Source: Amphiscolops sp. MND2022 (taxonomy: Eukaryota). Taken from it: a stretch of 64,000 nucleotides of DNA. This document shows positions 1 through 10,880 of the stretch, in pieces (the stretch's first letter is position 1; each line of letters begins with the position of its first letter). Position numbers and translations under genes: made by a program. The notes under the pieces are model-generated. The model was not told the origin of the DNA. It worked only from the letters and a program-made list of their open reading frames with translations, and did no database searches. The stretch lies in NCBI GenBank assembly GCA_964187785.1, contig OZ076413.1:46068001-46132000 (forward strand). Reading direction: 5' to 3'.

Positions 1-2263
1 GCCCTGTGCAACGCGTGTGATTATGTCATTCAATTCAATTTTGTCATAGCACACATCCCAGGGGCACAAAACACAGCTGCCGACTATTTGTCCCGATTAG
101 AAGCAGATCCGAAGGACAAATTGTTGATGAAATTTCGTGAAGATGTACAGACACTACCAATCGAAATCAATGTCCAATCCGCAGGGGTGTCGCAAGAAGA
201 ACAAATCTTCTACACCAATGACGACGATGAGACAGAAGAACAGTTTTGGGCAAGAAAAGAAGCAATCAGGAAAAATCCAGCAACTGATGAGCCCACTGTT
301 ACTATACAAACTCTGTCAACAAATCTGGTCAAACAACACCCCGATATACAAGTCCGATTGAGGAAAACGAACCAGATCATTGTCGAGCAATCCAAAGATA
401 CGGTACTACAACAATTGAAAGCAAAACTGCTTCATGACGAGTATTCAGAAAATCTACTGCACCAGGATGCCCGATTTAGACATTACGCAAACAATCTGGA
501 ACGAATTGTACTAAAGGACGAAATCCTGACAAGGCAATATTTCGCTGAAACAGGGAATGTTAAATACCATCAAATTTTACTCCCGCAACATTTACTCCAG
601 GAATTGCTCCAATCTCTTCACGGGACAGCGCATAAACATCCCGGGATTTCAAAAATGCTGCAGGAAATTCGACAGAGATATTACTACCCTAGCATGGCTA
701 AACACGTCAAAAAGTGGGTAGAAGGGTGCGAACAATGTGCCAGAGACAAAAGCGTCCCTAATGCAACGATCACACCTGAGCTGCTCAACTTGCCCGAATG
801 GGACCTTGGACCTGAAGACGCCATGCAAATCGACCTATTGCCGAATCTTCCCCCAAGTGGAGGGTATGAAAATGTCCTAACAGCAATTGACGTATTTTCC
901 AGATACGTGTTCGCATATCCTCTTACGGACTCATCAGCGATCAATGTGGCGAAAGCGCTCATTGATATCATGACCAAGCATGCATATCTGCCAACAACCC
1001 TTATTACTGATAAAGGAACTGCATTTACTTCCACAATTATCGCGGAGGTTACGCAGATTTTGGGCATCACACTCAAATGTGCAACGACAAAGCACCCGCA
1101 AACAATTGGGAAATTAGAGCGGACCCATGCCTCATTATAGACGAATCTCAAAATGGCATGCGGGGAATACCGCCGACAATGGCATAAGTACTTGCCATTA
1201 GCAGTACTTAATCATAATACTAGCTATAATGCCAGCATCGGTTGTGAACCAACAAGGGTATTCCATGGCAGAATTCCCTATAATATTCTAGATCACAAGC
1301 TTGGAAATAATCCAAACGAAAAAATCAGCCCTACAACCGAATTTGCTGAAGAAATCCAAAACCGGACAAAAATCCTGATTGACAAAACGAAGCAGAACAT
1401 TATGCAGTCGTATATCAAGTACAAATAATATTACGACCGTAAAGCAAAAGCTGCTCCACTAAAGGAGAACGAATACTGTTTTGTCTTACACCGAAAGCGG
1501 ACAATCAAGGATCAAAAATTCCATTCCGTGATTACCGTTGGGTTGGACCATTTGTAGTCCAAAAAGTTTTGCCAAATGAAAACTATATAGTACGACGCAT
1601 CAATACGAACAAAACTCAAATTTTGCATCGCATTCGTCTCAAGAAGTTCGTCCCCAATCAACCGCTTGAGGATGATTTCCGAGAACAACAGCTGCAACCA
1701 GACGAAGAAATCGTCATTCCGCAAGATGATTTATACGTCATAACGTGGGAAACAGATTTTGGCGAGCAGCTAATTACACGAGGCAACGAGCCTATTCCGA
1801 CTAGCGTGCCGAATGGCGAACAACCGAATGCGGCGCTGCCGAATACAAGTGATACACACGAGAATGAAGTGGATTATGTAATCACGAGTGATAAATCAAA
1901 TCTTGCCGATCGTGCGTCGCATAGCCGGAATGAACGATTAATTGATGACGTCACTACAAGAAATGAAGCTAGTGAACAGTCTAGAAATGAAGAACCTGAT
2001 TGGCCGAATCCGGCCATTTCCCCAAAAAGCCACGAAAAATCTTTGCCGGATACGGCAGAAAGCCCAAAAGACAAGGAAATTTTCCCATATGAAAATTTGC
2101 GAACCGAAACTGATGCACAAAAATCTCCAAGAAGGGGGATGATATTATCGTGCCCGAAATATCTGAAAACGATGCTAGAAATGAAAGTCTGAGCCCTAGA
2201 GGAGGGAAATATAACCTCAGGCCTAACCCTAACCCAAACTACTCTGAAGACTACAGATATTAG
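1..2263 (+). pseudogene. pol: Gypsy pol 3' part (RNase H end, integrase HHCC + DDE core + GPF, acidic tail), disrupted
   Basis: Motifs ADYLSR; HxxxxxHPG...CEQC; IDLL, IDVFSRY, ITDKGTAF, GKLERTH; WVGPFVV. Stops at 1140 and 1428 and frameshifts near 1490 and 2140. Ends YNLRPNPNPNYSEDYRY* at 2263. Confidence 0.93.
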
Positions 2264-2504
2264 AGAAAATTAAATTCGGCTCAGGAAATCAGCCCTGAAC
2301 TGTTTTATTCTCTTCTCTTTTACTTTTTTTTACTAGTCCCATGCAGCAGTATCTTTTGAATAAATAATGGGACACTTGGACGATCCCTTACAAAGAAGAT
2401 AAATACGGGATCAGGAAAATCGAGAGCAACAAAATGAAATAAATAATACAAACAGAAAATCAACAAAGTTTACAGTCTGTAAGTACATAAATACATTTGT
2501 ACAA

Positions 2505-5500
2505 TTAGCTCTTAGAACCACCAGCAGAGGATTCACCAAGGACAGACGAAGCTCTACCCCGGGAACAACTCTTTTCCATCCGCCTCCGCTTACTATCACT
2601 GGGTGGCTTCACAGCAGGAGCATCAGGCACAGAAGAAGTATCAGCGAAAGTGGGACTTCTAAAATGGAATTCTGACCCGGCGAGAACAGAGCGATAAGAA
2701 GTGACGAGAGTCTTGTAAATTGCTGAACGGCCGAAGCTGTCTACAAAGGTCCACGGGTCGTAATCGGCAGTGAAGGCAGTCTGTCCAAATGTCGAAGACA
2801 ATTCGAAGAATTTCTCGAGACGAGACTCAGAACAGCAGGCAACCAGAGAATCAGGCACTGTTGACAGATAACTTTGACAAGGCAAGATGACGTCCGCTAA
2901 ACGAGACTGAAGCCCCTTTGTGTCAATCTTGCCCAAAGAAACAGGAGGATACTCGGGACTCACAGAAGTGATGCAGAGGCAACTCAGTTTGAATAGATAA
3001 CAAAGATGCTCATGTGTGTGGAGGAACTCCAATCCCATGAAGAAGTAAATGAGATCAGGAGGATCGCAGGAGGAGCTGAACTCGGAAGAATGGTTGGCTC
3101 GGAGGTAATCCAACAGGGCAACGTACTCGTCCCGGCAAACTGACTCATTGGACGCTGAAACCCAGGAACGCAGTTGGAAAGCGGAGTACAAACGGTCAAA
3201 GTGCCGCAAAGCAATTTCCACGGGCCTCCTGAAGAGGATATGCGGATCAAACGCAGCCAGTCCTTTGATGAGGTCAGATCCGAGCTCGGATCGTTGGAGT
3301 ACTCCGGACAACAAGAACTTGATGAACTCCCTCGCACTCTTTACAAAGTCTGATTTCGCACTTTCAGCAGTCTTGTCGATGGCTGCCTTACTAGACTTCT
3401 TATTGAAATGAAGCCCCGCTGCCTTCAAGTTGCTTGCAATGGTCACTTTACTGGCAATCTTGAGCCGCACTAGGAAATCTTCATCACTCATAGGTTTGCC
3501 CTGACTGATTCGAAAGTTCATCAACAGGAACCAAGCGCTTTCCAGAGGCACTGTGTCAGGCTGGTAGATGCGGAAGCAAAGACGATTGATATACTTGCAC
3601 ATCTCTCCACAAAGGAAGAAGGTAGCATCTCCCCTCTGACCCAAATTGATGACGAAACTAGTGACATCTGAAACACAGAACCTGAAGGTCCCTAAAAGGA
3701 CGACAGACCAAAAGTGACTTCACCAAACTAGAAATACTCACAATCGCTGACCAGGCGTTGGAACAGCTCCAGTTTGACAGCGAAGAAGTTGTCCATGATC
3801 AGGGACCACTCGAAGCTCTGGACCTGTGGAAAGGTATGGTGTAAATTTGAAACGATAACCCTGCCTATGCTTATGAAAAGGAACGTCCACTAGAACTCTC
3901 TCTAAAAAAAGACAGATGATTTTGTGAATTATAACCTTGTTATGGACCCCTTGATTCTCCTGTCGGCGTGAATGCACAGTGAAGTAGCGCAGGATCGACT
4001 TCCAATTCTTCAATAGATCGCGGCACAGATCAGGTATTTTGGTTATCTCCAGTGTGCAAGTTGTAATAGCCTAAACAAAACAATTCGAAAATGGGAGCCC
4101 TAACTGTTAGTGACTACCTCCGCCCTTCACCTTTGTTATGCAGAACAGATTTGCAAAATAGACTCACTCGGACAAGTTCAGTCGATTCGGTGACCCAGTC
4201 CTCAGATAGGCAACCTCCAAGCGAGACCAGAAGTCATTGGAGAACAGAGAACATGTCTATGTGCAGGAAAACGCTGTAGTTTACCTTGTGCATCAAGGTC
4301 CTCAAGTCAAGCAACTCGAATCGGAAGCAACTTTGGATCCCACGAGGGTAGGAGGGATGCTGGTCCACTGTCCTTATGAGGTCAACGGCACATCCAGATA
4401 TCGCGACCACATCGGGAGCGGTAGAAATGGCAGACAACAATCGTGATAGGGAGCCCAGCTCCTTAGTGAGCCCGACGCCAGAAAGTCCACTTCGACAGAC
4501 GAAGATGCGACAAAGCTTCGCACCCTTCCAAAATCGGAGAGACATCAAGCGGTTGGCCCCTCTCTTCTCGAACTCAATCCCATAGTGCTGGGAAGCGATG
4601 ATTTGCTCTGCCACGTCTTCCATCATGCAGTTGAAGACGTGTTGGAAAATGGCCTGAAACGGAACGAAACTCGGATGATCATACGGCCTTACCATTACAA
4701 GCTACCCTTACGCTACGAATGGTTCTATGATGAAATAAACGAGTGAACTTACCATGATGTGGTCTTCACTCCAGTCGAAATCCTGGAAGGCTGATTGGAA
4801 TCCAGTATAGCTCCCTGCTCTAGCCCACAACCTGCGGAGGATAGCTATGTTGCCTGAGTCCTGGACGAAATCTCCCAAGAGGCAAATCTGGGCCTGCAAT
4901 CGCGATTGAGGTGTTACAGGAGCCGAAGAGTGTCCCTTCAAGTAATCCTCGTAAAAAGGATGTCTCTCGCCAACGTCAACAAGTTCTGTATGGATGAATC
5001 TGGGTAGCTCTTGCGCAAGGTTGGATTTGTTGAGGATTTTGCCATCCCTTCCTCGAACTCTGTGCTGGACTTTCCCCGACACGTCATCTATTGTCTTGAG
5101 GTGCTCAAACCGCCACCTCTGGTCTCGGCGAAGGTGTTTCTCGGTCCTGTGGTGACGTAAGATTTCCACAGTGCCTTTAGTCTTTATGCTAAAGTTTTTC
5201 TTGCACATGTGGCACCACACCATGTAAGGGTTATGTAACGGATCGGCTGGGCCGGAAATGAAGGATCTAGTCCATGCTATCTTGGAGAAGAACTCCTCAC
5301 GCATAGGCACACCCCGCCTTGGCATCCTCTTGCTCTTACTTTTCCTGGCTGAGACAACTGCCTGACGGGACTTCTGGGTAGGAGATTGACCGCGAAGCTC
5401 AGACAAAGTACAGTCCAGGCTGCTCTTCTCCTGCATTTCAGTCTCTCCCTCAGTCGTGTTATGTGGCAGCCCTGGTTGTGAGGCTGTAGAGAGATTTTCA

Positions 5501-6768
5501 GGAGCAGTTTTATTATAAACTCTGTCAATCAAGAGCCTTTCCATGGAACTGTCACTATCTTCGAGATAGGAGAGATCACTGACATCCTGGAGTGTGCTCA
5601 GGTCAAGTTGTGGACTGGGCTGAGAACCAAGATCGACAGAAAGCTCGTCGGAGCTGGACCCAGCTTGGCGATTGGATCCTGGGGAAGGAGCTCGGGCTCG
5701 CGTGCGGAACTTCTCAGTCCGTGAAGGGGCAGTCACGGGAGTTCCTTTTACTGCTCCAATTACCATTCTCTCCATGGTGGTACAAGTCATATTGATGGCT
5801 TCGTCAGTGAGAACCCGAAGCAGGTGATAGACCTGCGGCTCTGTGAAGGCTACAACCCTCTGTCCAACCGGGAACGTGTAGGGGTCTTCGGCCTCAAAGT
5901 ACTGTTTGAGGGTGGCTCTACTGCGTCCTGACAAATCTCGCAGAACTTCTTCTTGTGGCTGAGGATTAAACCGAGAAGTCCCTGGTGGTCCTGGATCGTG
6001 TATTTCTGATCCTGAGTCTTCTTGAGTCTCTGATGCTGACCCCGTTCCAAAAGGGATGCTCGCGTACAAGAGGGGAATTTCAGACTGACTGGTAGTATCA
6101 ACAGCCTGGGTGGTGTCACTGTGGTCCCCTGGAGCGGTGAAATGTCCTGCTCCACCGGGGAGTGGAGGGGGCTCATGGACAGAAGATGAGGCTTCATCAT
6201 CTGACTGCAGGAAAGAAACTGCAGATGTATCGTGGCTACGATTCTGGGCAAGTTGCAGCTCAGGGAAACCAGACTGCGACTGCGGCGCTACTGACAGTGA
6301 GGACTCAAGTTGTGAAATGCTAGTAACTTCTGTTCCAGGCTGCTCAAAGGGTGTCGGAGTGCTAGTTCTCACTTGAATAGGAACGTGACCCACGTCTGGG
6401 ACAACTGGGTCTTGTGCCGGTGACGGCTCTCCTTCCGTAGGACTGGCAGGATCTGTGTCAGTCAACCCCTGTGAGACTTCCATACGTTGGACCATCTCGT
6501 CTGCATACGCTGTGACATCAACGTTGCTTTCATTGCTGAAAGGAGAGTCAGCAGTCAACTGTTGCGCTTGGCCGAGGAATGTTCTTATTGGGGGAAATGG
6601 AGGTGGAGAAGGCGTACTGCTGGGCATTGAGATGGGTAAGGGACGTTGAGGAAGCGCAGTGGGATTACCAGTTGTGGTAATGCTTTGAACTTGTGGTTCA
6701 TCGACGTTCTGTTGTTCTAAACAGAAGGAGATCAAATTTGGCGGTAAGCTTCCTTGAAAGAAATCCAT
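2505..6768 (-). CDS. Antisense spliced gene of element A: low-complexity N-terminus, CxxC...HxxxxH zinc finger, degenerate hAT-transposase-like core (about 1293 codons)
   Basis: Exons 6768-4753, 4653-4168, 4070-3936, 3823-3742 and 3667-2505 join in frame via GT..AG introns (donors GTAAGT, GTGAGT, GTTATA, GTGAGT). One in-frame TGA at 4236-4234. Zinc finger WCHMCKKNFSIKTKGTVEILRHHRTEKH. Homologues in B and C. Confidence 0.85.
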
Positions 6769-6784
6769 TCTACCGCATTAGAAA

Positions 6785-7460
6785 ACTTCCGGAAGTACTT
6801 TGAAAAATTGAACAAAACGTGTTATCACGTGTTTACTGATGGATACAGGAAGCATTTTGTGAACAAATTTAGCCCTGATCAAGTTAAATTAAGTTCAAAA
6901 CCAAAGCAAACCAACCTTCAACTGAAGACATTCTGTCCTGCTTTGCCTTTTACTGTCGAACCAATCAAGCTCAGGAGGTGTGGAATTTGGCCGGACTCGG
7001 ACCAAGGACAGGTCCCGGAAATACTTCAAAGAGGAAGAAGGACGCTGTTGAAGAGATTAAGAAGAGTGGAGAAAACTGTCCGGTAGAGGATATCAGATGA
7101 AGAAGACAAAGTAAAATAATTGGAATTGAATTGGAATTAAATTGGGTTAATGGAATTAGAAGTTGGAGTTCGTGGCTGAAGAAAGTTTACCAGACTAATA
7201 TTATTTAGTTATTTACATATTTATTATGTACATGGAGTCTGCCAGCGAAATGTACAAAGAACTTTGTTATTTACAGCTTACTTAAATAGTTGCCGATTCC
7301 GGCCGTTTGACTCGTTGCACTTTATTATTTCGTTCAGTTAACTTAGTTACCGCTAGTTCAAAAATCCGCCATTTTGAATTATTCAGATTTATTATTTTCG
7401 CCATTTTATTATTTAATTTTTCAATTTATCAGAGCTCAACTCTGATTGGCTGAAGCCATG
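6785..7460. promoter_or_regulatory. Putative bidirectional promoter between the antisense gene and ORF-X (element A)
   Basis: Palindromic ACTTCCGGAAGT (6785-6796), TTGGAGTTCGTGGCT (7163-7177), ATGGAGTCTGCCAGCGA (7232-7248) and CTGATTGGCT (about 7442). The first three recur in element B at matching spacing. Confidence 0.5.
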
Positions 7461-7813
7461 TTGAAAGAATTTAGCGGCGCGTGCTGTTAATTGATCCGAA
7501 GCAAGCCGTTAATTACCCACTTGAAGAGAAGATATTTGATATCAACAACTTAAGTGCTGCTTACACCCACTTTGATGATGGCTCATATGAAGGACAAACA
7601 CCTATTTGATCGGAGTCGCCAACCCCGTTTAGGAATTTCATTCAGGAATGTTTACGATGAATCGGGGCGATCAACCTGAGATTCTCCCGCTAAATTAGAA
7701 ACTTCGGGAAAAGGCCTCACTCGGAATTTGAGGAGGCAACAAGCTCATTCTGATTTCAAACTCGCTCACGACAAGTTGACTAGCAAATCTCCAAAATTGC
7801 GAAAAAACTAATA

Positions 7814-8584
7814 ATGGAAAGATTTAATAAAGCGAGAAAACTCTTTGGTTCTTTGGAGTTCAGTTCTGACTCATCGAGAGACTCTGTAATCTACATCAGC
7901 AGTGATGAAGAAACCTCTGACGGATGGGACTCAGACTGGTCTACGGACACAGAAGAGATGGTGAGGAGGATTGAAACTCAAGTCCAAGCTGAGCCAATTC
8001 CCATAGCCGGCAGAAGGATGACGACGGCGAGCGACGAACCTGGTCCTAGCTCTGTGCCTTCAGACGCGCAAACTACACCGAAGCTGGACAAAACCTACTT
8101 CGACGAGAAACTATGCTATGCTCCGTCTAGAGGCAACACGAAGAGGAGAATAGAATTATGCAAGACGATTCTGCCTGTGTTAGAGTCGCCGCTTTCGCCC
8201 CCCGCTCATGAGAGAGGGCCGTCTATGGATACGCCGGTGATACAACCCGAAAGTAGTGGGTTCCATGCTTCTTTCCACATACAAAATGCGTTGCCTTACA
8301 CTGATATCAGCTCCCAAAGGTGCACAAGCTGTATGGTTTGTGGAAAATCTGTGGACGAAATAAAATCCATAATGATAAACAGATACATGGAAGCCTCAAC
8401 TCCAAAGAGCGAACCCGCTTACATCACAGCTCTCAGGAAAGAAGCCTACATCAATGGTCTTAATGCAGGCAGTCTTCTTTTCATTGCACCCGCTGTGTCG
8501 CAGGCTGCCGCCTGTGACGGCACAAGGATTACAACAACGGCTGTTGGCCAGGATGTGGCCCCAGGAACTCTCCCTATCTATTAA
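7814..8584 (+). CDS. ORF-X, 256 aa accessory protein of element A (acidic N-terminus with VIYISSDEE, CxxCxxC, SQAAACDG)
   Basis: Intact ATG-initiated ORF. Homologous to 37701-38585 in element B (IIYISSDDD, P(L/M)SPPA, CLVCGKSV, VSQASACDG, TLP). Confidence 0.8.
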   Translation: MERFNKARKLFGSLEFSSDSSRDSVIYISSDEETSDGWDSDWSTDTEEMVRRIETQVQAEPIPIAGRRMTTASDEPGPSSVPSDAQTTPKLDKTYFDEKLCYAPSRGNTKRRIELCKTILPVLESPLSPPAHERGPSMDTPVIQPESSGFHASFHIQNALPYTDISSQRCTSCMVCGKSVDEIKSIMINRYMEASTPKSEPAYITALRKEAYINGLNAGSLLFIAPAVSQAAACDGTRITTTAVGQDVAPGTLPIY

Positions 8585-8907
8585 AGTAAACTAAAACTTT
8601 CTCTTAAACTTTTACGTTGCTCATGTATTTTGTTGCCATATTATTTTAGAAAATAGTCAAAAAGGGCCGTACTGGGACGTATTCCCTTATTACCAAAACT
8701 TAGAATTATTGCACTTGTTGATTATTTATGGTCAACCTTAGTCTTGAATGTTAATTGTATATTAGTCTGTTAACATAGATTGTGTTGTGTTGTTGTATTA
8801 TCAATGCAATGTAGTAATATTCAAAGATTATGGCAAGCAACTTAGAGAAAGTACGGAAACGAGTTCAAATGGACTCCTGTACTTTCTTGCCAACGCCACT
8901 TGCGCTC

Positions 8908-9506
8908 ACCCAATTAGCCAATCAGAGGCCTTCATTTTCGTGTGCGTTATTCTCTTTTGCCAATTACGGCCTTTGTACAAACCGGACGAAAGTGCTATTA
9001 ATGCCGTTCAGGCAGTCGGCCTAATCCGGCTATTCAGTCCGCCATAAACAAAGCACTTGTGATTGATGCTAATTTCATGTAATGATATTTAGTTAATAGT
9101 TAGCTTTGGTAATCATGAAGTACTAATCTGAAGTGTTAATTGATGTTCTGTCGTACCATTAACAAATAGTTATCCAATTTGTTCTAAAATAGCTGTTGCA
9201 TGAAATCTGATATTATTGCCTTATCAGGCCTTTTGCCATTGTACCCATGAAAGGTATTTAGACTAAACATATTTGTTGTGCTGCCACGTGCTAAAGTATG
9301 CGCACTTACATCAACAAATACCTGTTCAAAGAAAATATTTTGCCAAATATGTAAACGATGCTAACGGTTGAATGATTGTTCCTTTGATGTATAATATTTG
9401 GAATGGATAGCGTTCATCCCGTGACCATCAAAAATGCAGTCATATGATATTTTCTTAGTCAAAGAATGTAAAGAATGAGAGTGTCACTCTTTCGGGGGTA
9501 TAAATA
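8908..9506 (+). promoter_or_regulatory. LTR promoter of element A (CCAAT box, TATA box)
   Basis: CCAATTAGCCAATCAG near 8911 and TATAAATA at 9499-9506, about 130 nt upstream of the gag ATG. Same layout in B's LTRs (TATATATA at 36969-36976 and 50913-50920). Confidence 0.55.
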
Positions 9507-9637
9507 CCCGTGCCTTTGAGAGAGGAGACACTTCTTAATTTACTCTCTTCTGAAAAAGACTATCATATTAGTCTAAACGGTTTCACTGTTATTTTCGAGA
9601 TATAATCTAATTCAATTTTATACTCGAAGTTTTCCTT

Positions 9638-10255
9638 ATGCCTACTACAAGAAAACAAAAGAAGGCTAGAAAGTCCAGAGGACTGGAGATCCTTTCTGAT
9701 ATCGAAAATCTAGATATGATGTTAGGAGGCGATCGTTACAATGGAACTGAAAGAGAAAGGAGTTTAGACAGTAACTCCGTTAGAAGGAGAGAAAGTGTCA
9801 TAAGTAATAACTTGGACAATGAGGGCGAAAGTCTATTTTCAAATTGCAGAAATGATGAACCTAGGACAAGTGCCGATCTTGGCCAATATTCAGCTGAAGC
9901 AAACTCACTAGCTGAGATAAACAGGTTGTCTAGCGAATTGAACTCTAGGATATCCCGTGAGATGGATGAAATGATGAGTAATGTTGATACGCTGATCCAA
10001 AGGGCCATTAATGAGGCTATTAGCAGTCAAGTATTGCCTCAAATACAGAATGTCATAATGGCCGGATCAGGCCGAGAGACCAGAAGGGGATGGGTAGTCC
10101 CAGTTGAGAGATCGGAAGCAAATGCCGAGGAACAGCGAATTCCAAACGCTAAGGCCGACTGTAGAAATGAACAGAATGATGGATACCGATCTGGTGGACC
10201 ATCTTCCTGTCACGTTCATGACACTTATTCTTTCGAGAAGGGGAATAAGATCTAA
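9638..10255 (+). CDS. gag: Gag N-terminus encoded inside the 3' LTR of A (runs into flanking DNA after 10223)
   Basis: MPTTRKQKKARKSR...SDIENLDMMLG...ISREMDEMM...IQRAINEAISSQVLPQIQN matches the N-terminus of B's gag (50781). Confidence 0.75.
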   Translation: MPTTRKQKKARKSRGLEILSDIENLDMMLGGDRYNGTERERSLDSNSVRRRESVISNNLDNEGESLFSNCRNDEPRTSADLGQYSAEANSLAEINRLSSELNSRISREMDEMMSNVDTLIQRAINEAISSQVLPQIQNVIMAGSGRETRRGWVVPVERSEANAEEQRIPNAKADCRNEQNDGYRSGGPSSCHVHDTYSFEKGNKI

Positions 10256-10880
10256 AATGCATTGAATTTAATAAGACGTGAGGGGGCAAAAGCCCATTTT
10301 CTATCATTTATCCGGCAGTATTGAGCCCAGACTTAGTCTCGACTATGGGAATAGTACCGAAACAATTATTCTGACAATAACCCAGTGCTCATGGGGCATA
10401 ATTGATACGAAATACACTTGATAGTGATAGGAAATACAGGCAACTAGTTTTTTCATACTCAAATTCAAAATGGCCGCGCCCTGTATGCAACTTCGAATAT
10501 TTCATCGAAATTTCTCAAGGACTGCTAAGGACTGCACCAGGACTGGTAAGAACTTGCGAAATTTTCGAAAACTGGGGAAATCCTTGGCAGTCCTTGGAAT
10601 CCTTGAGTTATCCTGTCAAGGACTTGGAATCCTTGAGTTGTCATGGCAAGGACTTAAGTCCACTGAAGTGTCAGTACGGGATGTTGCTGTGGATTTATAA
10701 TCTATTCTCTGATGAAAAGAAATTTCTTAGAAAATAATAATCTGCTACACAATTATGTTAAACTTTCGCAAGAATATCCATCCACACATAAAGTATCACC
10801 TCATCAAAAATCAAGTTCTCGTTTGGGGATCAACAATATTATGAAACAAATTCAAAAAAAATCCGTCGATAGAAATACTG

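Larger units (their letters stand above)
1..10223 (+). mobile_element. Ty3/Gypsy LTR retrotransposon A (3' half: pol end, antisense gene, ORF-X, 3' LTR)
   Basis: RNase H end, integrase and GPF motif at the window start. Same gene order as element B. The LTR-encoded Gag N-terminus is homologous to B's and loses similarity at ...CATGACA (10223), the inferred LTR end. The LTR start is not resolved. Confidence 0.9.

Noticed and set aside
4281..4284. GTAAAC as a splice donor that would avoid the TGA at 4234
   Set aside because: Homology with B continues through this region, and the exon is 486 nt as in B and C, so the stop is a mutation.
2300..7300. Antisense gene as an independently inserted hAT transposon
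   Set aside because: No TIRs or 8-bp TSD seen. Same position, orientation and introns in three diverged families.
2505..8584. Extra ORFs as an env gene
   Set aside because: The large gene is antisense with a zinc finger, and ORF-X has no signal peptide or transmembrane anchor.
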